From Nitrosopumilus sp. (GTDB lineage Archaea > Thermoproteota > Nitrososphaeria > Nitrososphaerales > Nitrosopumilaceae): DNA of 64,000 nucleotides. The notes below the pieces were generated by a model that worked only from the letters and a program-made list of their open reading frames with translations, was not told the origin of the DNA and ran no database searches. The DNA lies in assembly GCA_963667665.2 (NCBI GenBank), contig OY763927.2:928001-992000 (forward strand), read 5' to 3'. Of this stretch, positions 50,450-60,760 are shown one piece after another. The first letter of the stretch is position 1. Each line of letters starts with the position of its first letter. The position numbers were made by a program, and so were the translations under genes.

Positions 50450-52054
50450 CTACGTTACTTCCTTACTTGTAGCATCATCAGGTCCGGGTGTGTCAGGTCC
50501 TGGTGTATTAGAGCCAGGTCCACCTGCACTTGTCGCTGAAGTATCATTTTGGAAGTGTAACAAATCTTCTCCGGCAATTACATCTTCTTCAGGTGGTACA
50601 TAGTCGCGTACATCGTGTCTTGCTTTTCCTGGATACTTTCCTTGGGTTGCTTGTGCTACTATAAAGAACAAAGCAAATGCAATGATAGGAGGTATCATTG
50701 TATCCAATCCTGCCCATTCTTCTGGCATTGTAAAGAAGAATGCAAATCGAATTAGTGAACCAACAACAAGAGCTACAACGGCTGCGGGCATGTTTGCCTT
50801 TTTCCAGAACAAACCTAATGTGAGAGGAGCAAATGCTCCGGCAAAAACTATGTCAAATGCTAAGATGAGATAAATTCCAGGAGCTGGAACAAAGTAACCG
50901 ATAGCAGTTCCAACTATCATCATTGGAATAATTACAACACGAGTAACTTTGAGTAATTGACTATCACTCCAATTTGGTTTGCCCATCCATCGTCTTCGGA
51001 TAATTCTCTGCATCATATTTCTTGAAATTACACTGGAAATTGCCAATAGACCACCACTGGCAGTAGACATTGATGCTCCAACTACGCCCATTAGTATTGC
51101 TGCACCAATTGCAAATGGCAATACTTCTGTAGATAGTAAAGGTAAAGCCATGTTTGGATCAATATCTATTGGAAGATAGAAGAATGCTACAATTCCTAAC
51201 ATGCTAGTTGGAATTACTGTAAACATTGTAAGTGCGCCACCCATCAATGCACCTCTTTGTGCTGTTTTCGGGTTCTTAGCTGAAAATACTCGCTCCATAA
51301 AGTCAAGCGCAACGATATCTCCCAATCCTAGCGCAAGAATAGCACCCCAATTAATCAGCGCGCCATTAGCCATATCATACAATCCCGATAGATCCAAAAA
51401 CGCTGGTGGAGCGTTGTTGTAAATGACATCCCATGGAGTATCTGCAAAGCCACCATAGAAGAAAAGGAAACCAGCCCAAAATGCACCAATTGCAAGATAA
51501 ACTTGGAACAGATTTGTATAAGCCGATGCAAATAATCCTCCAGCAACTGTATAGATTACCACAACTATAGCTGAAATTGCAATACCATAGAAATAATTTA
51601 TACCAAACACAACTTCCAAAATAAATCCACTAGCTGCTAAATTGCCTGCAACAAGAATTAGAAAACTAACAATCATAAGAATGCCGGAAAGACCTTCTGC
51701 TCCATTTCCAAATCTTCTGAAATAGAAATCAGGTAATGTGATCATTGACATTTTGTTTAATGGTTTAGCATAGAATGCAGCTGTTACAAACAGACATAAT
51801 CCTAAACCAATTGGAATAACTGCTCCTGCCCAAAATCCAAATTCAAATACAAGAGCAACATTGCCTAACGATGAATTTCCATCAACTGCTTGAGCTGCAA
51901 GCATAGTTCCAACCATAAACAAAGGCAAACTTTTTCCTGCAATGATCAGTCGCTTACCACTATTTTTGACTAGTTTACCTGCAAATACCCCTACTGCAAG
52001 TGTAATGATAATAAATACGGCAACAGCGATGCCAAACCCATCCATCTCCACCAT
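50450..52054 (-). CDS. Sodium:solute symporter (SSS/SLC5), not DUR3 type
   Basis: AGKSLP, ITLPDFYFRRFG, YTVAGG, ERVFSAK, ASMST; about 13 TMs; lacks the DUR3 SAWTWAATLL signature. Confidence 0.9.
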   Translation of the reverse strand: MVEMDGFGIAVAVFIIITLAVGVFAGKLVKNSGKRLIIAGKSLPLFMVGTMLAAQAVDGNSSLGNVALVFEFGFWAGAVIPIGLGLCLFVTAAFYAKPLNKMSMITLPDFYFRRFGNGAEGLSGILMIVSFLILVAGNLAASGFILEVVFGINYFYGIAISAIVVVIYTVAGGLFASAYTNLFQVYLAIGAFWAGFLFFYGGFADTPWDVIYNNAPPAFLDLSGLYDMANGALINWGAILALGLGDIVALDFMERVFSAKNPKTAQRGALMGGALTMFTVIPTSMLGIVAFFYLPIDIDPNMALPLLSTEVLPFAIGAAILMGVVGASMSTASGGLLAISSVISRNMMQRIIRRRWMGKPNWSDSQLLKVTRVVIIPMMIVGTAIGYFVPAPGIYLILAFDIVFAGAFAPLTLGLFWKKANMPAAVVALVVGSLIRFAFFFTMPEEWAGLDTMIPPIIAFALFFIVAQATQGKYPGKARHDVRDYVPPEEDVIAGEDLLHFQNDTSATSAGGPGSNTPGPDTPGPDDATSKEVT

Positions 52055-52093
52055 GTGTTTATTGATTTGATCAAGCTATATTAGCTTTGAATT

Positions 52094-52110
52094 TTGCAAG
52101 TATAGTACGT
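52094..52110 (-). promoter_or_regulatory. Operator-like motif ACGTACTATACTTGCAA, 56 nt upstream of the SSS start
   Basis: 15/17 identity and identical spacing to the motif at 54737. Confidence 0.7.
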
Positions 52111-52317
52111 TTTATGAGGAAAAAATTATTCGTATAATACATTTTATGAAATAATTTCTATAAATTTCATGATTTTAAAGAAAACTTTTACGATCATAGT
52201 ATGAAATTCATAATTTGTAATTTACAAAAATAATTTATTTTTAAGATAATTTTTCGATCAAACATTCATTACGATTTTAATTCAAAATTTTATTAATTCA
52301 ACAATCTTGCACATATC

Positions 52318-52488
52318 GTGGATAAACAATATGCCATTGCAGTAATTCTGATTATCTTAGGACTGGGGTTAAACCAATCTGGCTCAGCTAACCCATTCTA
52401 TAGTGGTCTTGGAATAGGAGTCATAGCAATGGGAACATTTTGGGTAGTAATTAGATTAATTAAAGAACTCAAGAAAAAACAATCTTAA
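52318..52488 (+). CDS. 56-aa two-TM membrane microprotein
   Basis: Hand translation MDKQYAIAVILIILGLGLNQSGSANPFYSGLGIGVIAMGTFWVVIRLIKELKKKQS; TTTATTAA about 25 nt upstream. Confidence 0.65.
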   Translation: MDKQYAIAVILIILGLGLNQSGSANPFYSGLGIGVIAMGTFWVVIRLIKELKKKQS

Positions 52489-52536
52489 TTTTCAAAATTC
52501 ATAAAATAATATAAACACTAATTTAGAATATTTTGT

Positions 52537-53049
52537 GTGCCAGGAAAAGGATATTCTACATTTGGTATGAAACCTGTAATTACAACTAGATTACAAGAAG
52601 CAACAGACAAGAGTTATCCTGGAATGTTTCTTCCCAGTACATTAATTATCATAATGAATGAGATCAAGAGAGGATATTATTCAGTAGAATCACATAAAAT
52701 AAAATTAGATTTGTCTGGTAGATACAATACCATAACTATAAGATCAGATGTTAAAGAATGGTCAGTAGAAAATCATGAAAAACTTGGAAAAGATTATGAA
52801 GAAAGATACAATGTAAAATGCTTTACAAAATTTGTGAGTTATTTTATAGTTAACATGTTAGAATCAAAAAGTGATGCTCAAAACCATTCTATTAGTCTAA
52901 AGGAATTAGATTTCAGTTGGCTTCAAGATAAATATAAAAAACAAAAAAAGAGTCCTGAAGGAATTTCTAGTTTTGAACGATTTGCAGATAGTTACATTAA
53001 TGATTTACTGGTAAAGATTAAAGCGGCAAAAGAAATCTTAACATTATAA
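52537..53049 (+). CDS. Hypothetical protein (possible tandem ribbon-helix-helix-like units)
   Basis: 170-aa GTG ORF with a TATAAA box about 25 nt upstream. Confidence 0.7.
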   Translation: MPGKGYSTFGMKPVITTRLQEATDKSYPGMFLPSTLIIIMNEIKRGYYSVESHKIKLDLSGRYNTITIRSDVKEWSVENHEKLGKDYEERYNVKCFTKFVSYFIVNMLESKSDAQNHSISLKELDFSWLQDKYKKQKKSPEGISSFERFADSYINDLLVKIKAAKEILTL

Positions 53050-53082
53050 ATTTTATTTATAACAATTTAAATTTATAAAAAA

Positions 53083-53334
53083 TTAAAGTGGTGTCATAGT
53101 ATCAATTAATCGTGCATTAACAACATGACAATCTTTTTCTTGTATTTCAAGGTCTACAGTATATTTCAAACCATCTAGCATGAAATTAACTTGAACATCC
53201 CAAGATACTCTAGGTCCTTTTTCAGGAACTTGGAATGTTTCATTCACTCTAAAGTCACTTACGTCACCATATAATGCATTGATTATTCTACGAGACTCTC
53301 TATCGATGTCTTCTGATGTGCTAACAGCCTGCAT
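53083..53334 (-). CDS. Small hypothetical protein
   Basis: 83-aa ATG ORF with a TTTATA box upstream. Confidence 0.7.
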   Translation of the reverse strand: MQAVSTSEDIDRESRRIINALYGDVSDFRVNETFQVPEKGPRVSWDVQVNFMLDGLKYTVDLEIQEKDCHVVNARLIDTMTPL

Positions 53335-53395
53335 AACTAAACTATCAAAGAATGAATATAAAAATATTCTAATTAATTTTTCCTAGTAACAGTCA

Positions 53396-54652
53396 TCATA
53401 ATTTTGTTAGTCTTTTTAAAAATGATTCTTTATTCATTTTGTCCAACTTTTCTTGAACTTTAAATCGATGAAAAATTGCAGTTTGATTTGTAGGTTCAAG
53501 TTCTAGTGCTTTGTTGTAACATTTTAGAGACTCTTCATATTTTTTTAATAATAAAAGTAATTTTCCTTTATAGCTTATTGCATAGACGTAATTAGGATTG
53601 ATTTTTAGTGCTTTTTCACAATATTCAAGCGCCTCATCATATTTTTTTGAGTGTTCTAGAAACCACACCATAGTGCATAACGCCAGTACATTTCTTGGTT
53701 CAATCTCCAAAGCACATTCAAAATAGAATCTTGCTTTACCAAATTTTTTCAACTGAAACAAAGATGTGCCTTTACTGTAAAGTGCCTTAACATTATCAGA
53801 GTCATATTCTAAAATTTTATCGAAACACTCTATGGCTTTTTTATATAGTCGTGTTCTATCCAAGACTATTCCTTTATTGAATTGAGCATCAGTACATTTA
53901 GGATCAATTTTTAGGGCGTCATCATAAAAAACAAAAATCTCTTTGTTTGAAAATCCTGCTAAATCAAGAGTCCATCCCTTAGCCACAAGAGCTTTAGTAT
54001 TTTTCTTATCTATCTCCAGAGCTTTTGTATAGAATTTTATTGCTTCTTCATGTTTTCCTTTCTTTGTACGCTTCTGTCCTTTTTCATATAGAATGTCTGA
54101 TTGTCTAGAATCTTCATCAATAGCTTTTTGTAAGAATAGCATGGACTCTGAACTTTTTGCTAATCTTCCCAGAATCAAACTTTTGGCGTAAAGAGCAGCC
54201 GAGTTTTTTGGATTATTCAATAAAACTTGATCAATTATTGTTATAGCCTCATCATTACGCTCTAATTTACTTAAACATAATCCCATAGATGTTAATGAAT
54301 CAGAATATTGTGAATCAATTTCAAGAGATTTTTTGAAAGAAGATATTGCTTCTTCGTATTTTTCTATTTTTTCAAGTGCAAGACCTTTGTTGTATAAAGC
54401 ATCAAGACTTTTGGGATCTATAGATAAAATTTTATCAAAACAAATTATAGCATTTTGAAAATCTTCCAATTTGTATAATGTCCTGCCTTTATGAAGTTGA
54501 GCTACAATGTTTTCAGGTTCAAGTGAAATAGCCTTGTTAAATTTTAAAACAGCTTTTTTAAATTGATTGTAATAAACTGCGGTTAATCCTTGATTTAAAA
54601 AATACCATGCATTTTTTGAATTTTGTAAAATCATATTGGTATTGTCACCCAA
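53396..54652 (-). CDS. Tetratricopeptide repeat protein (start possibly ATG 54634)
   Basis: About eleven 34-aa repeats of the A.Y.KG..L.....Y..A...F...L..DP type. Confidence 0.9.
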   Translation of the reverse strand: MGDNTNMILQNSKNAWYFLNQGLTAVYYNQFKKAVLKFNKAISLEPENIVAQLHKGRTLYKLEDFQNAIICFDKILSIDPKSLDALYNKGLALEKIEKYEEAISSFKKSLEIDSQYSDSLTSMGLCLSKLERNDEAITIIDQVLLNNPKNSAALYAKSLILGRLAKSSESMLFLQKAIDEDSRQSDILYEKGQKRTKKGKHEEAIKFYTKALEIDKKNTKALVAKGWTLDLAGFSNKEIFVFYDDALKIDPKCTDAQFNKGIVLDRTRLYKKAIECFDKILEYDSDNVKALYSKGTSLFQLKKFGKARFYFECALEIEPRNVLALCTMVWFLEHSKKYDEALEYCEKALKINPNYVYAISYKGKLLLLLKKYEESLKCYNKALELEPTNQTAIFHRFKVQEKLDKMNKESFLKRLTKL

Positions 54653-54736
54653 ATGTTATGTTTATAGTTAAAACGTACATTACACATAATTGATTTTTTT
54701 AGAAAATGATGATATTTAATAATTAAAATACAATAT

Positions 54737-54753
54737 ACGTACTTTACTTGAAA
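54737..54753 (+). promoter_or_regulatory. Operator-like motif ACGTACTTTACTTGAAA, 56 nt upstream of the ureohydrolase start
   Basis: Twin of 52094-52110; lies just upstream of the TTTAATTA box. Confidence 0.7.
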
Positions 54754-54792
54754 TCTTTAATTATCAAAGTTGCACATAGAATTTGATTTAAA

Positions 54793-55908
54793 ATGGGCAT
54801 GGAATTTTATGGTGATGATTTTCAAGGTGCAGATGTTGCGCCATTTGTAGGAATTAATACATTTTTACATCTTCCTTGGGTAAAGACACACAAAGAATTA
54901 CTTGAAGCAAAACCAGACGTTGCAATTATTGGAGAGCCATTTGACTTTGGTACTACTATCCGCCCCGGAGCAAGATATGGGCCAAGAGCAATTAGAGCTG
55001 CATCTACAATTCCATCACCACCTTTTGAACGATTCAACATTGAAACGGGTGCAGACCCATTTGGAACTTTTCGAACAGTAGATTATGGAGACGTCATAGT
55101 TTCACCAGGGGATGTTATAGAATCACACAAGAGGATGACTCTAAAAGTTAAGGAAGTGTTAGAGGCAGATGGTATTCCTGTAATGCTTGGAGGAGATCAC
55201 TCAATTACTTATGCAAACGTTAGAGCATTTCAGAAAAAATACAAAAACATAGGCATGATTCATTTTGACACACACGCTGATTGTGCACCACAAGGACTAA
55301 CGGGTTTCAAGTATGATCATGGAGCACATATTAGAAGAATAATGGAGATGGGTTGTCTTAAAGGAAAGAACTACTCGCTTGTAGGTCCAAGAGGATATTG
55401 GCCAGGACGTGATTTGTACAAATGGATGTCAGACCAAGATTTCCAATGGTTTACAATGCTTGATGTTGAAGAATTAGGAATTGATGTTATTGCAAAAGAA
55501 ATAGCTGATAGAGCAAATGATGGAACAGATGCAGTCTATCTTAGTTGGGATATTGATTCTTTTGATCCTGCTTATGCACCAGGTACGGGAGAACCAGAAC
55601 CAAACGGACTTACATCAAGAGAAGGCATTAGAATGATTCGTCTATTATCAAAATCATTTGATCCTGATAGATTTGCAATGGATTTGGTAGAAATTGCTCC
55701 AGCATATGATGTCAGTGATTCAAGTTCTTACAACGGAGGAATCACATCTGGATTAGGACAAAGATTAGTTATTGAACTATTGGCAGGATTATCATTAACA
55801 AAGAGAGGTTTGGAGGGAGGAGATCCTGTAAGACCAAAGGCATACATGGGTACTGGAAACACATACAGTTTTGGTAATCCAACATCTAAAATTCCAAAGA
55901 GAGATTAA
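54793..55908 (+). CDS. Ureohydrolase (agmatinase/arginase superfamily), substrate unknown
   Basis: RPGARYGP, GGDHS, DTHAD, SWDIDSFDP, PGTGEPEPNG, VEIAP; all six metal ligands present. Confidence 0.92.
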   Translation: MGMEFYGDDFQGADVAPFVGINTFLHLPWVKTHKELLEAKPDVAIIGEPFDFGTTIRPGARYGPRAIRAASTIPSPPFERFNIETGADPFGTFRTVDYGDVIVSPGDVIESHKRMTLKVKEVLEADGIPVMLGGDHSITYANVRAFQKKYKNIGMIHFDTHADCAPQGLTGFKYDHGAHIRRIMEMGCLKGKNYSLVGPRGYWPGRDLYKWMSDQDFQWFTMLDVEELGIDVIAKEIADRANDGTDAVYLSWDIDSFDPAYAPGTGEPEPNGLTSREGIRMIRLLSKSFDPDRFAMDLVEIAPAYDVSDSSSYNGGITSGLGQRLVIELLAGLSLTKRGLEGGDPVRPKAYMGTGNTYSFGNPTSKIPKRD

Positions 55909-56303
55909 TGAAAATTGAAGTAGTGGTACAGGGAGATCCGGATATCAAGCCATTTACCAAGATATTTTATTATGAAAAATCTGATGAAACAATTTTCTTT
56001 GAATCCACACAATTAATCAAAAATCACCTATCAAACAATATGCGATTAAACATAAACGAGACACTAGGATTGTTTGTAGCTTATGTCATAACTTCGTTAA
56101 ATGAACGTAAAACAATCAACGAAATACAAAAACACATACCAGATATGCTTTTACCACATCAAGTGATGATTGGGGTTCCTGAAAGTTTGAGAAAACTAAC
56201 TTTTACAATTACAACCAAAGATATTGATAAAGAACAAATATTCATTACAACACCCATTCAAATTGTTCAATATTCTCTTGATGGACAGAAACAAACAGCA
56301 TAG
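55908..56303 (+). CDS. Urease gamma-subunit-like paralogue with an N-terminal extension
   Basis: RLNINET..ERKTINEI..LLPHQVMIGVPESL aligns by eye with Ure[30 protein letters not shown]. Confidence 0.7.
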   Translation: MKIEVVVQGDPDIKPFTKIFYYEKSDETIFFESTQLIKNHLSNNMRLNINETLGLFVAYVITSLNERKTINEIQKHIPDMLLPHQVMIGVPESLRKLTFTITTKDIDKEQIFITTPIQIVQYSLDGQKQTA

Positions 56304-56317
56304 GAGTAATGGAATAA

Positions 56318-57076
56318 TTGATTGAAACAATAATGGGAATGTTACAAGCCAACAACCCTTTTTTAATTATAATTGCTGGTTTGATGATTGGATTATTGCA
56401 TGCTTTTGAGCCTGATCATCTTAGTGCAGTTTCCACTCAACTATTAAAAAACAACAATAATTCAAAGAGTTCAAAAAAACGAGACTTGCAAAATCTTACC
56501 ATTATCTCTTCTTTAAGAGGAGCACTTTGGGGAATGGGACATACATCAAGTATTATTTTAATCGGACTATTGATTGCAGGTTTATCATTAAACATACCTG
56601 ATGATTTTTTTATTAGTGCAGAAGTGCTTGTTGGTTTAATGTTGATTACTTTAGCAATTTTTACATTTACAAACAAAAGTATCTTTAAACAAAAACATGT
56701 TCATCCTCACACACATTCAGACGGAATTTCTCACACACATTCTCATGAACATAATGAAAATCACAAACATGGTCACAAAGCATACCTAATTGGTTGTGTT
56801 CACGGTATTGCAGGTAGTGGTAGTCTTGTTGCATTATTTGCATCTACAATGAATGGTTTTGATATGATGATTTATTTTCTAATTTTATTTGGCATAGGCA
56901 GTATAATTGGTATGACTGTTGCTAGCGGCGTTATGGGATTACCATTTATTTTATTATCAAAAGTTAATTCTATTACTAAATATCTAAGATACACAATAGC
57001 TAGTATAACTTTCATAATTGGTCTTAATATTATAATTACAATTGGATTAGATAATAAATTATTTTCTTTAAACTAA
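56318..57076 (+). CDS. Nickel/cobalt transporter (UreH/NiCoT-like)
   Basis: GLLHAFEPDH, WGMGH, His-rich loop HVHPHTHSDGISHTHSHEH, GCVHGIAGSG. Confidence 0.88.
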   Translation: MIETIMGMLQANNPFLIIIAGLMIGLLHAFEPDHLSAVSTQLLKNNNNSKSSKKRDLQNLTIISSLRGALWGMGHTSSIILIGLLIAGLSLNIPDDFFISAEVLVGLMLITLAIFTFTNKSIFKQKHVHPHTHSDGISHTHSHEHNENHKHGHKAYLIGCVHGIAGSGSLVALFASTMNGFDMMIYFLILFGIGSIIGMTVASGVMGLPFILLSKVNSITKYLRYTIASITFIIGLNIIITIGLDNKLFSLN

Positions 57077-57095
57077 ACATATAGTTTGAAAACTA

Positions 57096-58808
57096 TTAAA
57101 ACAAATTGTATAGTCTTGACATAGAAACTTTGTCGGCAGGATCTGTTGTTGCAATTTTCCCATCAACTTTAACTTCATATGTTTCAGGATTTACCTCAAT
57201 GTTTGGAGTAAGATCATTATACAACATGTCTTTCTTTCCAATAGAACGGCAATTTTTCACAGGAACCAATTTCTTTTTTGAATTGATTTCAGATTCAATA
57301 CCCTTGTCTAGTGCCAGTTGAGATGTGAATGTTACAGAAGTGGAATATTTTGTTTGGCCAAGGGCTCCAAACATAGGACGATACATGACAGGTTCAGTAG
57401 TAGGAATTGATGCATTAGGATCACCCATAAGGGAATATGCAATAAAACCGCCTTTTATGATCATTTTTGGTTTGACTCCAAAAAATGCAGGGGACCAAAT
57501 TACAATATCAGCTAATCGTCCAGGCTGCAATGAGCCCACATAATCTGAAACTCCATGAGTTATGGCAGGATTTATTGTAATTTTAGCAAGATAACGCTTC
57601 ACTCTGAAATTATCATTTTGAGCATTGTCTTCAGGTAATGCACCAGCCATCTTTTTCATTTTATCAGCAGTCTGCCAATTTCTGGTTGTAACTTCTCCTA
57701 CTCTTCCCATAGCTTGACTATCAGAAGACATCATACTCAACACACCAATATCATGTAGTACATCCTCTGCAGCAATAGTCTCACCCCTAATTCTAGACAT
57801 TGCAAAGGAAACATCTTCAGGTACTGATGAGTTTAGATGATGGCAAACCATCATCATGTCAAGATGTTCTGCTAGTGTGTTTACTGTAAATGGTCTTGTA
57901 GGATTTGTAGATGAAGGAAGTATATTTTCTTCACCTGCAATTTTCATAATATCTGGAGCATGTCCACCTCCAGCACCTTCAGTATGATAAGTATGAATTG
58001 TTCTTCCTGCAATTGCTTCAATTGTGTCATCAACAAATCCACATTCATTTAGAGTATCAGTATGGATTGCAACTTGGGTATCAGTTTTGTCTGCAACCCT
58101 CAAAGCAGAATCAATCGTAGCAGGAGTTGTACCCCAATCTTCATGTAGTTTTAGTCCACAAGCTCCTGCTTCAATTTGTTCAAGTAATGCAGATTCACGA
58201 GAGTCATTTCCTTTTGCAAGAAATCCAAAGTTTAGTGGTAATTCATCAACAGACTCAATCATTCTATGAATATTCCATTTACCAGGAGTGCATGTTGTTG
58301 CATTTGTTCCATCAGCTGGACCAGTTCCACCGCCAATCATCGTGGTGGTACCATTACATATTGCATGTATTGCTTGTTGAGGAGAAATAAAATGAATATG
58401 TGAATCAATTGTTCCAGGAGTACAAATGGTATGCTCGCCGGCAATTATCTCAGTGTTAGAAGATATTACCATATCAATATCATCCATGATGTCAGGATTA
58501 CCAGCATTTCCTATTCCAACAATTTTTCCATCTTTTACTCCAATGTCTGCTTTGATAATTCCCAAAATAGGATCCATTACAATTGCGTTAGTAATTACAA
58601 GATCAAGTGATTCTGCTCTAGATACGCCACTTGCTTGCCCCTGCCCATCTCTTATGCTCTTTCCTCCTCCAAATACAGCCTCATCACCATACGTAGTCAA
58701 GTCTTTTTCAATTTCAATAATCAAATCAGTATCTGCAAGACGGATTCGGTCACCCACAGTAGGACCAAACAAATCAACATGTGTTTTTCTTGGAATATCT
58801 AGAGTCAT
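57096..58808 (-). CDS. ureC: Urease subunit alpha
   Basis: [56 protein letters not shown]. Confidence 0.99.
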   Translation of the reverse strand: MTLDIPRKTHVDLFGPTVGDRIRLADTDLIIEIEKDLTTYGDEAVFGGGKSIRDGQGQASGVSRAESLDLVITNAIVMDPILGIIKADIGVKDGKIVGIGNAGNPDIMDDIDMVISSNTEIIAGEHTICTPGTIDSHIHFISPQQAIHAICNGTTTMIGGGTGPADGTNATTCTPGKWNIHRMIESVDELPLNFGFLAKGNDSRESALLEQIEAGACGLKLHEDWGTTPATIDSALRVADKTDTQVAIHTDTLNECGFVDDTIEAIAGRTIHTYHTEGAGGGHAPDIMKIAGEENILPSSTNPTRPFTVNTLAEHLDMMMVCHHLNSSVPEDVSFAMSRIRGETIAAEDVLHDIGVLSMMSSDSQAMGRVGEVTTRNWQTADKMKKMAGALPEDNAQNDNFRVKRYLAKITINPAITHGVSDYVGSLQPGRLADIVIWSPAFFGVKPKMIIKGGFIAYSLMGDPNASIPTTEPVMYRPMFGALGQTKYSTSVTFTSQLALDKGIESEINSKKKLVPVKNCRSIGKKDMLYNDLTPNIEVNPETYEVKVDGKIATTDPADKVSMSRLYNLF

Positions 58809-59182
58809 TGGGTCATTCCTTTGAATCCTTTTTCAGTAGCTTTTTTGAATGCCTCTTCTTGCTTTTCTTCTAGACTTCCATTCACCAGTCCACTAAATCC
58901 ATAAACAATTTTTTTTCCTCCAAATTCCGTTAGTTCAATTTCTTTTGTATCTCCGGGTTCAAATCTAACTGATGTGCCGGCAGGAATATTGAGATGGTAT
59001 CCGTAAGATTGTTTCCTTTGAAATTCAAGAGCTTTGTTTACTTCAAAAAAGTGTGTATGTGATCCTACCTGTATTGGTCTATCTCCAGTATTTCTAACAC
59101 TAACAGATGTAGTTGATTTTCCTACGTTAGCAATGATAGGTTCATTAGATGAGAAGTATTCGCCAGGAATCATAGTTATCAC
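58805..59182 (-). CDS. ureB: Urease subunit beta
   Basis: [34 protein letters not shown]. Confidence 0.98.
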   Translation of the reverse strand: MITMIPGEYFSSNEPIIANVGKSTTSVSVRNTGDRPIQVGSHTHFFEVNKALEFQRKQSYGYHLNIPAGTSVRFEPGDTKEIELTEFGGKKIVYGFSGLVNGSLEEKQEEAFKKATEKGFKGMTQ

Positions 59183-59481
59183 ACAATAGGGTCATGAATT
59201 GTTACAAGTTTAGTTCCATCTTCAAATGTTGCCTCCACTTGAATAGATGTAATTAATTCTACAACTCCAGGTAAAACATCATCTTTTGATAGAACATTTT
59301 TTCCAGAGCTCATAAGTTCCGGAACAGATCTTCCATCTCTTGCACCTTCTAAGATATGATCAGCAAGAATAGATACAGCTTCAGGATGATTAAGTTTCAA
59401 TCCACGATTTTTTCTTCTTCGAGCAAGTTCTGATGTAACAAAAACATTTAGTTTTTCTAATTCTCTAGGAGTAAGCATCAT
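59179..59481 (-). CDS. ureA: Urease subunit gamma
   Basis: [35 protein letters not shown]; start moved to 59481. Confidence 0.98.
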   Translation of the reverse strand: MMLTPRELEKLNVFVTSELARRRKNRGLKLNHPEAVSILADHILEGARDGRSVPELMSSGKNVLSKDDVLPGVVELITSIQVEATFEDGTKLVTIHDPIV

Positions 59482-59566
59482 TGAATTGGATAGTGTATCA
59501 GAGTATTTAATCATTAAAACGGTAAAATCTAACAAAGTATAACTCTGTCAAAAAACAAAGTTACTT

Positions 59567-60052
59567 GTGTTAGAAGTTAATTCCCCTATAGGAAATATTT
59601 TTCATGATAAAGAATTTGATAATTTGAAAAATGAGAATTTTGAAAGACTCAAGATTTCCCGAATTGAATTAGAAAAAAGAATTTTGAGAAGAAAGACAGA
59701 TCGAGGAACAGATATTGGTTTGAATTTAGACCCAGGAGTGAAACTTTGCAATGGAGATATTATCAAAAATGGAGATACAAAAATTGTTGTGGAGCAATTA
59801 CCAGAAAAAATAATTACAGTTAAACTAAAAAATGAAAAGATGACAGATGTAATGGTGCTGTTAGGGCACATCATTGGAAACAGACACAGACCGATATCCA
59901 TTCAAGGAGATGAGATTTCATTTCCAATTCAAGCAGATTCAGAAAAGGAAATATTTACAAAATTATTTCAGAGCATTATCAACCATATCAACATTACAGT
60001 AGAAGAACAGATATTTTCCCCTCAATTAGGTGCAGATGTACATGAACATTGA
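59567..60052 (+). CDS. ureE: Urease accessory protein UreE
   Basis: GHIIGNRH; short VHEH tail. Confidence 0.93.
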   Translation: MLEVNSPIGNIFHDKEFDNLKNENFERLKISRIELEKRILRRKTDRGTDIGLNLDPGVKLCNGDIIKNGDTKIVVEQLPEKIITVKLKNEKMTDVMVLLGHIIGNRHRPISIQGDEISFPIQADSEKEIFTKLFQSIINHINITVEEQIFSPQLGADVHEH

Positions 60053-60743
60053 CGAGATAGAACAAGAGTTAGGGGTAATGCAGTTATCTGACTCATTTTT
60101 TCCTACAGGTATTTTTGCTACTTCAAATGGATTAGAATTTCTTTTCACAGAAAAAAAAATTCAAGATATGGCAGACTTGATAGAAATTATCAGAATTAAC
60201 ATTACTCAGCAGATAGGACCATCAGATTGTGTTGCACTTGCAAATGCATTTGATAGTGCAAACAAATGTGATTTTGAAAAAGTGATTGAAGTAGACAATA
60301 TTGCTTTTGCCACTAAATCAATTAAAGAAATACGCAATTCATCAGTAAGATCGGGGGTTCAATTAGTAAAATGTGTTTCAGAATTTATAACAGATGATGA
60401 AATTTTAAATCAATACAAAAACAACATAACAAAAAACAATGCACATGGGATATTTCCTGTGGCATTTGCAATTTGTTGTAATGCATTAAAAATTAAAAAA
60501 GAAAAAAGCATGACGATGTTATTGTATGGTTTTACTGTTGGGGTTGTAGGTGCAGCATTACGATTAGGATTAATTCAACATTTTGAAGGTCAAAAAATAA
60601 TTCACAATATAAAACCAATCATCAGTCAAACTATCAAAGAATATTCTAATGAATCACTTTTTGAAATGTGGCAATTTGCACCCCAAATAGATATTGTTCA
60701 AATGTCACATGAAAAAATGGATTCAAAAATGTTTATTACATAA
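60042..60743 (+). CDS. ureF: Urease accessory protein UreF
   Basis: [21 protein letters not shown]....KMFIT. Confidence 0.95.
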   Translation: MNIDEIEQELGVMQLSDSFFPTGIFATSNGLEFLFTEKKIQDMADLIEIIRINITQQIGPSDCVALANAFDSANKCDFEKVIEVDNIAFATKSIKEIRNSSVRSGVQLVKCVSEFITDDEILNQYKNNITKNNAHGIFPVAFAICCNALKIKKEKSMTMLLYGFTVGVVGAALRLGLIQHFEGQKIIHNIKPIISQTIKEYSNESLFEMWQFAPQIDIVQMSHEKMDSKMFIT

Positions 60744-60760
60744 AAATTAGATTTTTCATC

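Noticed and set aside
50450-52054. Calling the symporter DUR3 urea transporter
   Set aside because: The DUR3 WTWAATLL signature is absent, and the shared motif ties it to the ureohydrolase rather than urease. Phylogeny is still needed.
54653-54792. Guanidine riboswitch upstream of the ureohydrolase (also checked upstream of the SSS gene)
   Set aside because: Both regions are very AT-rich with no GC stems or ykkC/mini-ykkC motifs; the transcripts look nearly leaderless.
59482-59566. GTA-N3-TAC motif in the ureA/ureE divergent promoter
   Set aside because: Looked for it and found no match, so urease appears to be regulated separately.
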